NCBI RefSeq assembly: GCF_054482525.1
Contig: NZ_CM137006.1
Length of the DNA: 64,000 nucleotides
Direction: 5' to 3' (one strand)
This document shows, piece after piece, positions 21,383 through 31,838 of the stretch. Under the pieces are notes generated by a model that was not told the origin of the DNA, made no database searches, and saw nothing but the letters and a program-made list of their open reading frames with translations. The translations under genes were made by a program, and so were the position numbers. Every line of letters begins with the position of its first letter. The stretch's first letter is position 1.

Positions 21383-22402
21383 ATGAAAAGCATTTTAATT
21401 GAAAAACCGAATCAACTGGCAATTATCGAACGTGAAATACCCACCCCGTCAGCGGGTGAAGTACGAGTAAAAGTGAAACTTGCCGGAATTTGTGGTTCAG
21501 ATAGCCATATTTACCGTGGGCATAATCCTTTTGCGAAATATCCGCGCGTCATTGGTCATGAATTCTTTGGCGTCATTGATGCAGTGGGTGAAGGCGTGGA
21601 AAGCGCCAGAGTCGGTGAACGCGTTGCTGTCGATCCGGTGGTCAGCTGTGGGCATTGCTATCCGTGCTCTATAGGTAAGCCGAACGTTTGTACGACACTG
21701 GCTGTATTAGGTGTGCATGCTGACGGTGGTTTCAGTGAATATGCCGTGGCTCCGGCAAAAAATGCGTGGAAAATTCCTGAAGCAGTGGCCGATCAATATG
21801 CGGTGATGATCGAACCTTTTACCATTGCGGCGAACGTAACCGGTCATGGTCAACCGACTGAAAATGATACCGTTCTGGTTTACGGTGCCGGTCCAATCGG
21901 TCTGACGATCGTTCAGGTATTAAAAGGCGTCTATAACGTTAAAAATGTGATTGTTGCCGATCGCATTGATGAACGACTGGAAAAAGCGAAAGAGAGCGGG
22001 GCTGACTGGGCGATTAATAACAGCCAGACACCGCTTGGCGAGATTTTCGCTGAAAAAGGCATCAAGCCGACATTAATTATCGATGCGGCTTGTCATCCTT
22101 CAATCCTGAAAGAAGCCGTAACGCTGGCTTCTCCAGCGGCACGTATTGTATTGATGGGGTTCTCCAGTGAACCGTCTGAAGTGATTCAGCAAGGAATTAC
22201 CGGAAAAGAACTCTCTATTTTCTCTTCACGCTTAAATGCAAATAAATTCCCGGTCGTTATCGACTGGTTAAGTAAAGGGTTAATTAAACCAGAAAAACTA
22301 ATTACCCATACGTTTGATTTCCAGCATGTTGCTGATGCCATTAGTTTATTTGAACAGGATCAAAAGCATTGCTGCAAAGTCTTACTCACTTTTTCTGAAT
22401 AA
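21383..22402 (+). CDS. rspB: starvation-sensing protein RspB (Zn-dependent alcohol dehydrogenase family)
   Basis: 339 aa from MKSILIEKPNQ with AAGGAG RBS right after rspA stop; GHEFFG and GxGxxG motifs. Confidence 0.92.
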   Translation: MKSILIEKPNQLAIIEREIPTPSAGEVRVKVKLAGICGSDSHIYRGHNPFAKYPRVIGHEFFGVIDAVGEGVESARVGERVAVDPVVSCGHCYPCSIGKPNVCTTLAVLGVHADGGFSEYAVAPAKNAWKIPEAVADQYAVMIEPFTIAANVTGHGQPTENDTVLVYGAGPIGLTIVQVLKGVYNVKNVIVADRIDERLEKAKESGADWAINNSQTPLGEIFAEKGIKPTLIIDAACHPSILKEAVTLASPAARIVLMGFSSEPSEVIQQGITGKELSIFSSRLNANKFPVVIDWLSKGLIKPEKLITHTFDFQHVADAISLFEQDQKHCCKVLLTFSE

Positions 22403-22459
22403 TACCAATAACGGCGAGTAAGTAGTACGCATCTTACCTCTTTTTTAGAGATAACCATT

Positions 22460-23827
22460 ATGACAATAGAAAAACACGAAAGAAGCACTAAGGATTTGGT
22501 GAAAGCAGCAGTATCGGGATGGCTGGGCACTGCGCTTGAATTTATGGATTTCCAGTTATATTCGCTCGGCGCAGCGTTAGTGTTTCATGAAATATTTTTT
22601 CCTGAATCATCAACGGCAATGGCGTTAATTCTGGCAATGGGAACCTACGGTGCAGGTTATGTGGCGCGTATTGTCGGAGCATTTATTTTCGGCAAAATGG
22701 GCGACAGAATCGGGCGTAAAAAAGTGCTCTTTATTACCATCACTATGATGGGGATCTGTACCACCTTAATTGGTGTGCTGCCGACCTATGCACAAATTGG
22801 TGTGTTTGCGCCAATTTTGCTGGTGACGCTGCGTATTATTCAGGGATTGGGTGCAGGTGCGGAAATTTCTGGTGCCGGTACGATGCTGGCGGAATATGCG
22901 CCAAAAGGTAAGCGCGGAATTATCTCCTCATTTGTGGCTATGGGAACTAACTGCGGAACCTTGAGCGCAACGGCAATCTGGGCCTTTATGTTCTTCATTC
23001 TCAGTAAAGAGGAACTGCTGGCGTGGGGATGGCGTATACCGTTCCTGGCGAGCGTTGTCGTGATGGTCTTTGCTATCTGGTTGCGTATGAATCTGAAAGA
23101 AAGCCCGGTCTTTGAGAAGGTTAACGACAGCAACCAACCGACAGCAAAATCTGCACCTGCTGGTAGCATGTTCCAGAGCAAATCCTTCTGGCTGGCAACA
23201 GGGCTGCGTTTTGGTCAGGCTGGTAACTCCGGTTTAATTCAGACTTTCCTCGCAGGCTATTTAGTGCAGACGTTATTGTTTAACAAAGCAATTCCAACAG
23301 ATGCATTGATGATCAGTTCGATTCTCGGCTTTATGACCATTCCGTTCCTTGGTTGGTTATCCGATAAAATAGGTCGCCGGATCCCGTATATTATTATGAA
23401 TACCTCTGCGATTGTGCTGGCGTGGCCAATGCTTTCTATCATCGTAGATAAAAGCTATGCCCCGAGCACCATTATGGTTGCACTGATTGTGATTCATAAC
23501 TGTGCGGTGCTGGGATTATTTGCTCTGGAAAACATTACCATGGCAGAAATGTTCGGCTGTAAAAACCGCTTTACCCGGATGGCCATTTCTAAAGAAATTG
23601 GTGGTCTTATCGCTTCCGGTTTTGGTCCTATCCTGGCGGGTATTTTCTGCACCATGACGGAATCCTGGTATCCGATCGCCATTATGATCATGGCATATTC
23701 AGTGATTGGTTTAATCTCTGCGCTGAAAATGCCAGAAGTGAAAGACCGTGATTTAAGTGCACTGGAAGATGCCGCGGAAGATCAACCGCGTGTTGTAACA
23801 GCTGCGCAACCTTCAAGAAGTCTGTAA
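22460..23827 (+). CDS. ydfJ: MFS-type transporter YdfJ, full-length 455 aa
   Basis: uninterrupted ORF 58 bp downstream of rspB; from memory this gene is split by Qin prophage in K-12 MG1655. Confidence 0.85.
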   Translation: MTIEKHERSTKDLVKAAVSGWLGTALEFMDFQLYSLGAALVFHEIFFPESSTAMALILAMGTYGAGYVARIVGAFIFGKMGDRIGRKKVLFITITMMGICTTLIGVLPTYAQIGVFAPILLVTLRIIQGLGAGAEISGAGTMLAEYAPKGKRGIISSFVAMGTNCGTLSATAIWAFMFFILSKEELLAWGWRIPFLASVVVMVFAIWLRMNLKESPVFEKVNDSNQPTAKSAPAGSMFQSKSFWLATGLRFGQAGNSGLIQTFLAGYLVQTLLFNKAIPTDALMISSILGFMTIPFLGWLSDKIGRRIPYIIMNTSAIVLAWPMLSIIVDKSYAPSTIMVALIVIHNCAVLGLFALENITMAEMFGCKNRFTRMAISKEIGGLIASGFGPILAGIFCTMTESWYPIAIMIMAYSVIGLISALKMPEVKDRDLSALEDAAEDQPRVVTAAQPSRSL

Positions 23828-23916
23828 ATCCTCCATCCCTTCTCTTACCGGAGAGGGGATTTTTTATTCATATAACAAAACATGCAGCTTGCCATATTTA
23901 TATTTAAGGAATTGTT

Positions 23917-25377
23917 ATGGGAAATAATTTGTTATCAGCAAAAGCGACGCTCCCTGTTTATGATCGTAATAACCTGGCCCCAAGAATTGTTCATTTAGGC
24001 TTTGGTGCATTTCACCGTGCGCATCAGGGCGTGTATGCCGATATTCTTGCTACGGAACATTTCAGTGACTGGGGATATTATGAGGTCAATTTAATCGGCG
24101 GCGAACAGCAAATTGCCGATTTACAACAGCAAGATAATCTTTATACCGTTGCGGAAATGTCGGCCGATGCGTGGACGGCTCGCGTCGTTGGCGTCGTTAA
24201 AAAAGCCTTGCACATACAAATAGATGGCTTAGAAACCGTGCTGGCTGCGATGTGTGAACCGCAAATCGCGATTGTCTCTCTGACAATCACCGAAAAAGGG
24301 TATTTCCACTCTCCGGCGACCGGACAGTTAATGCTCGATCACCCGATGGTCGTTGCCGACGTACAAAATCCCCACCAGCCGAAAACTGCAACAGGGGTGA
24401 TTGTCGAGGCGCTGGCTCGCCGTAAAGCGGCAGGTCTTCCCGCATTTACCGTCATGTCATGTGACAACATGCCAGAAAACGGTCATGTTATGCGTGACGT
24501 TGTCACTTCCTACGCGCAAGCTGTTGATGTAAAACTGGCACAATGGATCGAAGAAAACGTGACTTTCCCATCAACAATGGTGGACCGTATTGTGCCCGCA
24601 GTGACGCAGGATACGCTGGCGAAAATCGAACAACTTACCGGTGTGCGCGATCCTGCGGGCGTTGCCTGTGAACCTTTCCGCCAGTGGGTAATAGAAGATA
24701 ACTTTGTTGCCGGACGTCCGGAATGGGAAAAAGCGGGAGCCGAACTGGTTAGTGATGTGCTGCCTTATGAAGAGATGAAGTTGCGCATGCTCAACGGCAG
24801 TCATTCATTCCTGGCGTATCTGGGGTATCTTGCCGGATATCAGCACATTAATGACTGCATGGAAGATGAACATTATCGTCATGCAGCGTATGCCTTGATG
24901 TTGCAGGAACAAGCGCCGACGTTGAAAGTGCAGGGCGTTGATTTGCAAGATTACGCTAACCGATTAATTGAACGCTATAGCAACCCGGCGCTACGTCATC
25001 GAACCTGGCAGATTGCGATGGATGGCAGCCAGAAATTGCCACAGCGGATGTTGGATTCTGTTCGCTGGCATCTGGCGCATGACAGCAAGTTCGATCTGCT
25101 GGCGCTGGGCGTCGCAGGTTGGATGCGTTATGTCGGTGGTGTTGATGAACAGGGAAATCCGATAGAAATCAGTGACCCACTGTTACCTGTTATTCAGAAG
25201 GCTGTACAAAGTAGTGCCGAAGGGAAAGCGCGCGTCCAGTCATTGCTGGCGATTAAGGCGATCTTTGGTGATGATTTGCCAGACAATAGCTTGTTTACTG
25301 CAAAAGTGACGGAAGCGTACTTGTCTTTATTAGCGCATGGTGCGAAAGCGACCGTGGCGAAATATTCCGTGAAGTAA
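23917..25377 (+). CDS. ydfI: mannitol-dehydrogenase-family oxidoreductase YdfI
   Basis: 486 aa; N-terminal Rossmann-like [12 protein letters not shown]; matches YdfI as recalled. Confidence 0.88.
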   Translation: MGNNLLSAKATLPVYDRNNLAPRIVHLGFGAFHRAHQGVYADILATEHFSDWGYYEVNLIGGEQQIADLQQQDNLYTVAEMSADAWTARVVGVVKKALHIQIDGLETVLAAMCEPQIAIVSLTITEKGYFHSPATGQLMLDHPMVVADVQNPHQPKTATGVIVEALARRKAAGLPAFTVMSCDNMPENGHVMRDVVTSYAQAVDVKLAQWIEENVTFPSTMVDRIVPAVTQDTLAKIEQLTGVRDPAGVACEPFRQWVIEDNFVAGRPEWEKAGAELVSDVLPYEEMKLRMLNGSHSFLAYLGYLAGYQHINDCMEDEHYRHAAYALMLQEQAPTLKVQGVDLQDYANRLIERYSNPALRHRTWQIAMDGSQKLPQRMLDSVRWHLAHDSKFDLLALGVAGWMRYVGGVDEQGNPIEISDPLLPVIQKAVQSSAEGKARVQSLLAIKAIFGDDLPDNSLFTAKVTEAYLSLLAHGAKATVAKYSVK

Positions 25378-25384
25378 AAAAAGC

Positions 25385-25405
25385 AATGCCGCCATCGGCG
25401 GCATT
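25385..25405 (-). terminator. hairpin aatgccgcc/ggcggcatt with flanking A/T runs between convergent ydfI and ydfZ
   Basis: 9-bp perfect stem; on minus strand followed by GCTTTTTTTA (ydfZ terminator); A-tract on plus side suggests bidirectional use. Confidence 0.6.
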
Positions 25406-25412
25406 CACACGC

Positions 25413-25616
25413 TTAGTTCATGCCGAGACGAATCAGGTCCAGAGGTGCCAGTTTCTCTTCACAACCTTCAACAACTACGGTTTTTCCGCGGCGGATTTGC
25501 TCAGCGGTCAGACCTTCAGTATCAATCGACAGGATCTTGCCAGTGTGACCGGTGCCGCTAACCATAACACGGCTGCCAGTGGTGATTGCGTTACGGTTAC
25601 GATCGTAGGTCGTCAT
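25413..25616 (-). CDS. ydfZ: small protein YdfZ (67 aa; putative selenium-binding)
   Basis: 67-aa ORF matches YdfZ as recalled. Confidence 0.85.
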
Positions 25617-25792
25617 AGGTGTTTTCTCCTTTCTGATTTACAGTCGAAGCCCACGTAACGGGCGCACTATAAATACTCCTGTCGAGTGAAATATTTTTTG
25701 TTTTTGATCAAGCTCACATCTTTTTTGATGCATGCATGAGCCATAAGGCGGGGGGAAAGACTCTCACCCCGGATGGGATGAGAGGAAATGAA

Positions 25793-26479
25793 TTACTCTT
25801 CGCTAAACCAGTCGCTGTTTTCCTGACGGATCTGGCGCACGGATTCGCTGATTTCCTGCAAATGTTGCGTCATTGCACGTTCTACCGCATCGCCATCACG
25901 TTTTTGCAGGGCAGAGAAAATCTCAAGATGCTGGCGTAACAGCATTTCTGGTGGAGAAACGTGGTCGAAACTCATATAGCGCACGCGATCAACGGTCGCT
26001 TTCAGGTTCTCAATGGTATCCCACGCCAGTTGACAGTCGGCAATCTGGGTCAGGAGTTGATGGAAGTTGTCATCAAGTTCAAAAAAATCATCCAGTTGCT
26101 TGCGCTCAATGGCAATGCGTTGCTGGTGAAGATTTTGTTCCAGTTGGTAGCACTGGCTTTCGGTAATCATGCTCGCCGCCCGACGCGCCACCGCGCACTC
26201 AATGGCCTGACGGATAAAACTGCCGTTGCGCACCTGGGCCATGGAAATTTTGTTGACGTAGCTGCCACGCTGCGGACGAATTTGAATCAGGCCGTTTTCC
26301 GCCAGTTTAATAAAGGCTTCACGAACCGGCTGGCGTGACACATTGAAACGAACAGAAACTTCTTTTTCCGACAACGGTGTGCCTGGTGCAATCAGGCAAT
26401 GGACAATGTCGCGACGAAGAATACGATAAATCTGCTGATTGACAGGCTGTGTGGGATTAAGTTGCGTTTCGACGGTCAT
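25793..26479 (-). CDS. ydfH: GntR/FadR-family transcriptional regulator YdfH
   Basis: 228 aa with N-terminal GntR-type HTH. Confidence 0.88.
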   Translation of the reverse strand: MTVETQLNPTQPVNQQIYRILRRDIVHCLIAPGTPLSEKEVSVRFNVSRQPVREAFIKLAENGLIQIRPQRGSYVNKISMAQVRNGSFIRQAIECAVARRAASMITESQCYQLEQNLHQQRIAIERKQLDDFFELDDNFHQLLTQIADCQLAWDTIENLKATVDRVRYMSFDHVSPPEMLLRQHLEIFSALQKRDGDAVERAMTQHLQEISESVRQIRQENSDWFSEE

Positions 26480-26567
26480 TCGTTCTTGCTTGTGAGTGAG
26501 TTAACTGCATGAGTCTACCACTTTTTTGTGACAAGCAATAACCCGGCAGTTACGCCGGGTATAAAAA

Positions 26568-27314
26568 TTACTGACGGTGGACATTCAGTCCGGCATAGCT
26601 TTGGGTAACCGGCATCATTTCCAGGGTATTGATATTGACGTGAGCAGGCAGCGTTGACACCCACCAGACGGCTTCGCTGACATCTTCTGGCGTCAATGCA
26701 ACGGTATTTTGATAGGTTTTTTCCGCTTTACCGTCATCGCCTTTAAAGCGGACATTGGAAAACTCGGTGCCACCCACCAGACCCGGCTCGATGTCGGTGA
26801 CGCGCACCGCCGTACCATGCAGGTCCGTACGCAGATTCAGGCTAAACTGACGAACAAACGCTTTCGTCGCACCGTAAACGTTACCACCGGCATACGGCCA
26901 GCTACCAGCCGTTGAGCCAATGTTAATAATATGACCATGATTACGTTCAACCATACCCGGTAAGACGGCGCGCGTCATATATACCAGGCCTTTGTTGTTG
27001 GTATCAATCATCGTTTCCCAGTCTTCAACGCTGGCTTTATGCGCAGGCTCCATGCCCAACGCCAGACCGGCATTATTTACCAGGATATCAATATTGCACC
27101 ACTCGGCAGGAAGCGATGCCAGCATCTCTTCAATAGCGGCGCGGTTGCGAACGTCCAGTTGGGCGATATACAGATTATCTCCCAGTTCGTCTTTTAACTC
27201 CTGCAACCGCTCCTGGCGACGGCCAGTGGCGATAACTTTATGCCCTTGTTGAATAAAACGACGAGTAATGCATTCACCAAAACCTGCCGTTGCTCCAGTT
27301 ACTAAAACGATCAT
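26568..27314 (-). CDS. ydfG: NADP-dependent 3-hydroxy acid dehydrogenase YdfG (SDR family)
   Basis: 248 aa from MIVLVTGATAGFGE (TGxxxGxG) with catalytic YGATK motif. Confidence 0.92.
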   Translation of the reverse strand: MIVLVTGATAGFGECITRRFIQQGHKVIATGRRQERLQELKDELGDNLYIAQLDVRNRAAIEEMLASLPAEWCNIDILVNNAGLALGMEPAHKASVEDWETMIDTNNKGLVYMTRAVLPGMVERNHGHIINIGSTAGSWPYAGGNVYGATKAFVRQFSLNLRTDLHGTAVRVTDIEPGLVGGTEFSNVRFKGDDGKAEKTYQNTVALTPEDVSEAVWWVSTLPAHVNINTLEMMPVTQSYAGLNVHRQ

Positions 27315-27450
27315 CTCACTGTTCCTCAACGCTTTTGTGTGTCAATAACATAGCACGTGATGCTTAAGAGCGGGTAATACTGGTTTGCAAGATTGCACTC
27401 CGTTATCAGTAAGCCTACGCTATGGAACACCTCGCGTTCAGGAGAAGAAA

Positions 27451-29496
27451 ATGACAACAATGAATCCTTTCCTTGTGCAAAGCACACTGCCGTATCTGGC
27501 TCCCCATTTTGATCAAATTTCCAATCATCACTATCGCCCGGCATTCGATGAGGGAATGCTGCAAAAGCGGGCAGAAATTACTGCCATCGCGCTTAACCCG
27601 CAAACGCCTGATTTCAACAATACTATTCTGGCACTGGAACAAAGCGGAGAATTACTTACCCGCGTTACCAGCGTCTTTTTTGCGATGACTGCGGCGCATA
27701 CCAATGATGAATTACAGCGTCTTGATGAACAGTTTTCCGCTGAACTGGCGGAACTGGCTAATGATATCTATCTGAACGGTGAATTATTCGCGCGGGTAGA
27801 TGCTGTCTGGCAGCGCCGAGAATCCCTGGGGCTTGATAGTGAATCCATCCGCCTGGTGGAGGTGATTCATCAACGTTTTGTCCTTGCCGGAGCCAAACTT
27901 GCGCAAGCTGATAAAGCAAAATTAAAAGTACTGAATACAGAAGCTGCGACCCTGACCAGCCAGTTTAACCAGCGGTTACTGGCAGCAAATAAATCCGGCG
28001 GTCTGGTTGTGAACGATATCGCGCAGCTGGCAGGAATAAGTGAGCAAGAGATTGCGCTGGCGGCAGAGGCGGCTCGCGAGAAAGGTCTGGATAACAAATG
28101 GCTGATTCCGCTGCTGAATACCACCCAACAACCGGCGCTTGCCGAAATGTGCGATCGCGCGACGCGTGAAAAACTGTTTATTGCGGGCTGGACGCGAGCG
28201 GAAAAAAATGATGCCAATGATACCCGCGCTATCATTCAACGTCTGGTGGAGATCCGTGCACAACAGGCAACATTACTTGGTTTTCCTCATTATGCCGCAT
28301 GGAAAATCGCCGATCAGATGGCAAAAACACCTGAAGCAGCACTCAACTTTATGCGGGAAATTGTTCCAGCGGCGCGTCAACGTGCGAGCGATGAATTAGC
28401 CTCCATACAGGCGGTTATTGATAAGCAGCAGGGCGGGTTTAGCGCGCAGCCGTGGGACTGGGCATTTTATGCCGAGCAGGTAAGACGTGAGAAATTCGAT
28501 CTCGATGAATCGCAGCTCAAGCCATATTTTGAATTAAACACGGTGTTGAATGAAGGTGTATTCTGGACCGCGAATCAGCTCTTCGGTATTAAGTTTGTCG
28601 AACGTTTTGATATTCCTGTCTACCATCCTGACGTTCGTGTGTGGGAAATTTTTGATCATAATGGCGTGGGGCTGGCGTTATTTTACGGTGATTTCTTCGC
28701 CCGTGATTCAAAAAGCGGCGGTGCATGGATGGGCAATTTTGTTGAGCAATCAACGCTTAATGAAACGCACCCGGTAATTTATAACGTCTGCAATTATCAG
28801 CAACCCGCCGCTGGGGAGCCTGCGTTGTTACTCTGGGATGATGTCATAACCTTATTCCATGAATTTGGTCATACGCTGCACGGCCTTTTTGCCCGCCAGC
28901 GTTATGCCACGCTTTCCGGCACCAACACGCCGCGTGATTTTGTCGAATTTCCGTCGCAAATCAACGAACACTGGGCAACGCATCCGCAGGTATTCGCTCG
29001 CTACGCCCGGCATTATCAGAGCGGGGCAGCAATGCCTGAAGAGCTGCAACAGAAAATGCGTAATGCCAGCCTGTTCAACAAAGGGTATGAGATGAGCGAA
29101 CTGCTTAGCGCCGCACTTCTCGATATGCGCTGGCATTGCCTGGAAGAAAACGAAGCAATGCAGGATGTCAATGATTTCGAATTGCGGGCGCTGGTGGCAG
29201 AAAATATGGATCTTCCCGCTATACCGCCACGCTATCGCAGCAGTTATTTCGCCCATATTTTTGGTGGCGGATATGCCGCAGGTTATTACGCTTATCTGTG
29301 GACGCAAATGTTGGCCGATGATGGTTACCAGTGGTTTGTTGAGCAGGGCGGATTAACGCGTGAAAATGGGCTGCGTTTTCGCGAGGCGATCCTTTCCAGA
29401 GGTAACAGCGAGGATCTGGAACGCCTGTATCGACAATGGCGCGGTAAGGCACCTCAGATTATGCCGATGCTGCAACATCGTGGCTTGAACGTATAA
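27451..29496 (+). CDS. dcp: dipeptidyl carboxypeptidase II Dcp (M3 zinc metallopeptidase)
   Basis: 681 aa from MTTMNPFLVQ with GGAGAAG RBS; HEFGH zinc-binding motif present; track ORF begins 22 codons upstream. Confidence 0.92.
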   Translation: MTTMNPFLVQSTLPYLAPHFDQISNHHYRPAFDEGMLQKRAEITAIALNPQTPDFNNTILALEQSGELLTRVTSVFFAMTAAHTNDELQRLDEQFSAELAELANDIYLNGELFARVDAVWQRRESLGLDSESIRLVEVIHQRFVLAGAKLAQADKAKLKVLNTEAATLTSQFNQRLLAANKSGGLVVNDIAQLAGISEQEIALAAEAAREKGLDNKWLIPLLNTTQQPALAEMCDRATREKLFIAGWTRAEKNDANDTRAIIQRLVEIRAQQATLLGFPHYAAWKIADQMAKTPEAALNFMREIVPAARQRASDELASIQAVIDKQQGGFSAQPWDWAFYAEQVRREKFDLDESQLKPYFELNTVLNEGVFWTANQLFGIKFVERFDIPVYHPDVRVWEIFDHNGVGLALFYGDFFARDSKSGGAWMGNFVEQSTLNETHPVIYNVCNYQQPAAGEPALLLWDDVITLFHEFGHTLHGLFARQRYATLSGTNTPRDFVEFPSQINEHWATHPQVFARYARHYQSGAAMPEELQQKMRNASLFNKGYEMSELLSAALLDMRWHCLEENEAMQDVNDFELRALVAENMDLPAIPPRYRSSYFAHIFGGGYAAGYYAYLWTQMLADDGYQWFVEQGGLTRENGLRFREAILSRGNSEDLERLYRQWRGKAPQIMPMLQHRGLNV

Positions 29497-29507
29497 ACAC
29501 CACCAAT

Positions 29508-29537
29508 GGCTGGCCTGGAGAAATCGCCAGGCCAGCC
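29508..29537. repeat. 11-bp perfect inverted repeat (ggctggcctgg / ccaggccagcc) between dcp stop and ydeJ remnant
   Basis: seen directly; no U-tract on either side, so terminator or REP-like element. Confidence 0.5.
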
Positions 29538-29540
29538 TGG

Positions 29541-29700
29541 TTAGAGTAGTAATTGCAGCAGCTGGGCGAGGGCAAACCTCACCGCTAATGCGAATGCCGT
29601 TTCGCAGTCGCCAGCAAAATTACTTTTTTTGTATACCCTTCCGTTATAATAATTTTCAAATTTATAAATCTGATTGTTCTGAAATATGTTTAAGACTCTT
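29541..29700 (-). pseudogene. ydeJ: 3'-terminal remnant of CinA/PncC-family gene ydeJ (about 50 codons; start and most of gene absent)
   Basis: minus-frame translation ...NGRVYKKSNFAGDCETAFALAVRFALAQLLQLLL* resembles CinA C-terminal domain end (compare PncC ...FSGDRDAVRRQATAYALQTLWQQFL); no ORF >=60 aa in the 364-bp dcp-ydeI gap where K-12 has a ~520-bp gene. Confidence 0.4.
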
Positions 29701-29860
29701 TAATCTTCTTCTTACTTTAGTGAGTAAAACTCTCTGAATATTTGACAGCTAGTTGCCTGATTTTAAATGCCTTATAACAATTGGCAGTATTCTTATTTGT
29801 CAATTATAAAAATAGCAACCAGACTTAATAAGTCAAACCAAACGCAATTAAGGAGTCAGT

Positions 29861-30253
29861 ATGAAATTTCAGGCCATTGTATTAGCAAGTTTTCTTGTCA
29901 TGCCTTATGCGTTGGCAGATGACCAGGGCGGATTAAAACAGGATGCAGCGCCACCGCCGCCTCATGCAATAGAAGATGGCTATCGCGGAACCGATGATGC
30001 AAAAAAAATGACCGTTGATTTCGCAAAAAAAATGCACGATGGCGCTTCGGTTTCACTACGCGGTAATTTGATTTCTCACAAAGGAGAGGACCGTTACGTT
30101 TTTCGCGATAAGAGCGGTGAAATTAATGTCGTTATTCCTGCGGCCGTCTTTGATGGACGAGAAGTTCAGCCGGACCAGATGATCAACATTAGCGGCAGTC
30201 TGGATAAGAAAAGCGCGCCGGCCGTCGTTCGGGTCACTCATTTGCAGAAATAA
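29861..30253 (+). CDS. ydeI: periplasmic BOF/YgiW-family stress protein YdeI
   Basis: 130 aa with signal peptide; AAGGAG RBS; matches YdeI as recalled. Confidence 0.88.
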   Translation: MKFQAIVLASFLVMPYALADDQGGLKQDAAPPPPHAIEDGYRGTDDAKKMTVDFAKKMHDGASVSLRGNLISHKGEDRYVFRDKSGEINVVIPAAVFDGREVQPDQMINISGSLDKKSAPAVVRVTHLQK

Positions 30254-30507
30254 AAATAAATTAGCCTGATGGCCTGAACTACTGGGCCATTAGGGTATTG
30301 GGTTATGCTATTTGTCATCCTTTTATTTACGATAATGCAGAGGTAATTTACAGAATTAAACACTTTTTTATCTGCTGATTTTGTTTCAAATCACAATGTT
30401 ATCTCAGAGATGACTCATAACTTAGGATTTCTATGAAAATATTGACGTAATTTTGCTTTTCTCTCGTTAGAATAGCGCGCACAAGGAACTGTGAAAAAGG
30501 AGTGGCA

Positions 30508-31398
30508 ATGATCAAGAAGACAACGGAAATTGATGCCATCTTGTTAAATCTCAATAAGGCTATCGATGCCCACTACCAGTGGCTGGTAAGTATGTTTCAC
30601 AGCGTAGTCGCGAGAGATGCCAGTAAGCCAGAAATAACGGATAACCATTCTTATGGACTGTGCCAGTTTGGTCGGTGGCTTGATCATCTGGGGCCACTCG
30701 ATAACGATGAATTACCTTACGTTCGGCTAATGGATTCTGCCCATCAACATATGCATAACTGTGGTCGGGAATTAATGCTGGCTATTGTTGAAAATCACTG
30801 GCAGGACGCGCATTTCGGCGCCTTTCAGGAAGGGTTGCTTTCTTTTACTGCGGCATTAACCGATTACAAAATTTATTTGCTGACGATCCGTAGCAATATG
30901 GATGTTTTGACGGGATTGCCGGGTCGTCGGGTTCTTGATGAATCCTTTGATCATCAGTTACGCAACGCTGAGCCTCTGAATCTTTATTTAATGTTGTTGG
31001 ATATTGACCGATTTAAATTGGTTAATGATACCTACGGGCATTTAATCGGCGATGTAGTATTACGCACCCTGGCAACTTACTTAGCCAGTTGGACGCGTGA
31101 TTACGAAACGGTTTATCGCTACGGGGGCGAAGAATTTATCATTATTGTCAAAGCGGCTAATGATGAAGAAGCATGTCGTGCAGGTGTCAGAATTTGCCAG
31201 TTAGTCGATAACCATGCCATCACACATTCTGAAGGGCATATCAACATTACCGTGACAGCAGGTGTCAGTCGCGCATTTCCTGAAGAGCCTCTGGATGTGG
31301 TCATTGGAAGAGCGGACCGGGCAATGTATGAGGGTAAGCAAACCGGAAGAAATCGCTGTATGTTTATTGACGAACAAAACGTGATTAACCGAGTTTAA
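30508..31398 (+). CDS. dgcZ: zinc-regulated diguanylate cyclase DgcZ (YdeH)
   Basis: 296 aa from MIKKTT; N-terminal chemoreceptor zinc-binding-type domain and C-terminal GGDEF domain with RYGGEEF. Confidence 0.92.
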   Translation: MIKKTTEIDAILLNLNKAIDAHYQWLVSMFHSVVARDASKPEITDNHSYGLCQFGRWLDHLGPLDNDELPYVRLMDSAHQHMHNCGRELMLAIVENHWQDAHFGAFQEGLLSFTAALTDYKIYLLTIRSNMDVLTGLPGRRVLDESFDHQLRNAEPLNLYLMLLDIDRFKLVNDTYGHLIGDVVLRTLATYLASWTRDYETVYRYGGEEFIIIVKAANDEEACRAGVRICQLVDNHAITHSEGHINITVTAGVSRAFPEEPLDVVIGRADRAMYEGKQTGRNRCMFIDEQNVINRV

Positions 31399-31449
31399 GC
31401 TCCGTTTAACATTCATTGAGAAAACTGATGCTACTGTGTCAACGATCCG

Positions 31450-31541
31450 TTATCAGTGCAGGAAAATGCCTGTTAGCGTAAAAGCAAAACACAAATCTAT
31501 CCATGCAAGCATTCACCGCCGGTTTACTGGCGGTTTTTTTT
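31450..31541 (+). ncRNA. mgrR: candidate small RNA MgrR (PhoP-regulated), 3' end defined by hairpin ccgcc/ggcgg plus T8
   Basis: intrinsic terminator 31516-31541 in the dgcZ-mgtS gap where MgrR maps in K-12; 5' end not determined; could instead be the dgcZ terminator. Confidence 0.35.
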
Positions 31542-31616
31542 CGCCGTCATAAAAATCAGGCCCCTTGTACAAAGTTGTAACAAGGGGCCGGTTAGGTGAG
31601 GGATTATCTCCGTTCA

Positions 31617-31712
31617 TTAGTCATCCCATTTGTGGCTGAAATACGCGGCCAGAAAACCAGAAAATAAAATTATTCCCAGTACGGCCATAAAAATATTCAT
31701 ATTACCCAGCAT
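31617..31712 (-). CDS. mgtS: 31-aa small membrane protein MgtS (YneM), MLGNMNIFMAVLGIILFSGFLAAYFSHKWDD
   Basis: ATG with GGAGG Shine-Dalgarno; TAA stop followed by hairpin 31561-31589; below ORF-track cutoff. Confidence 0.8.
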   Translation of the reverse strand: MLGNMNIFMAVLGIILFSGFLAAYFSHKWDD

Positions 31713-31838
31713 TATTTGCCTCCGTTTATGGTGTGGTGTGTTTCCTCGCTTACCTTAATTTTCATCTCAATGAGAAAGATATTAGCAGAGGTAACCTAAA
31801 CGAAGGCTGAATTAAATTTTTATTGTGTTCGACTTAAA

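Noticed and set aside
27870-28263. Minus-strand ORFs 27870-28235 and 27976-28263 inside dcp
   Set aside because: Antisense to a full-length M3 peptidase gene with intact HEFGH; typical high-GC shadow frames
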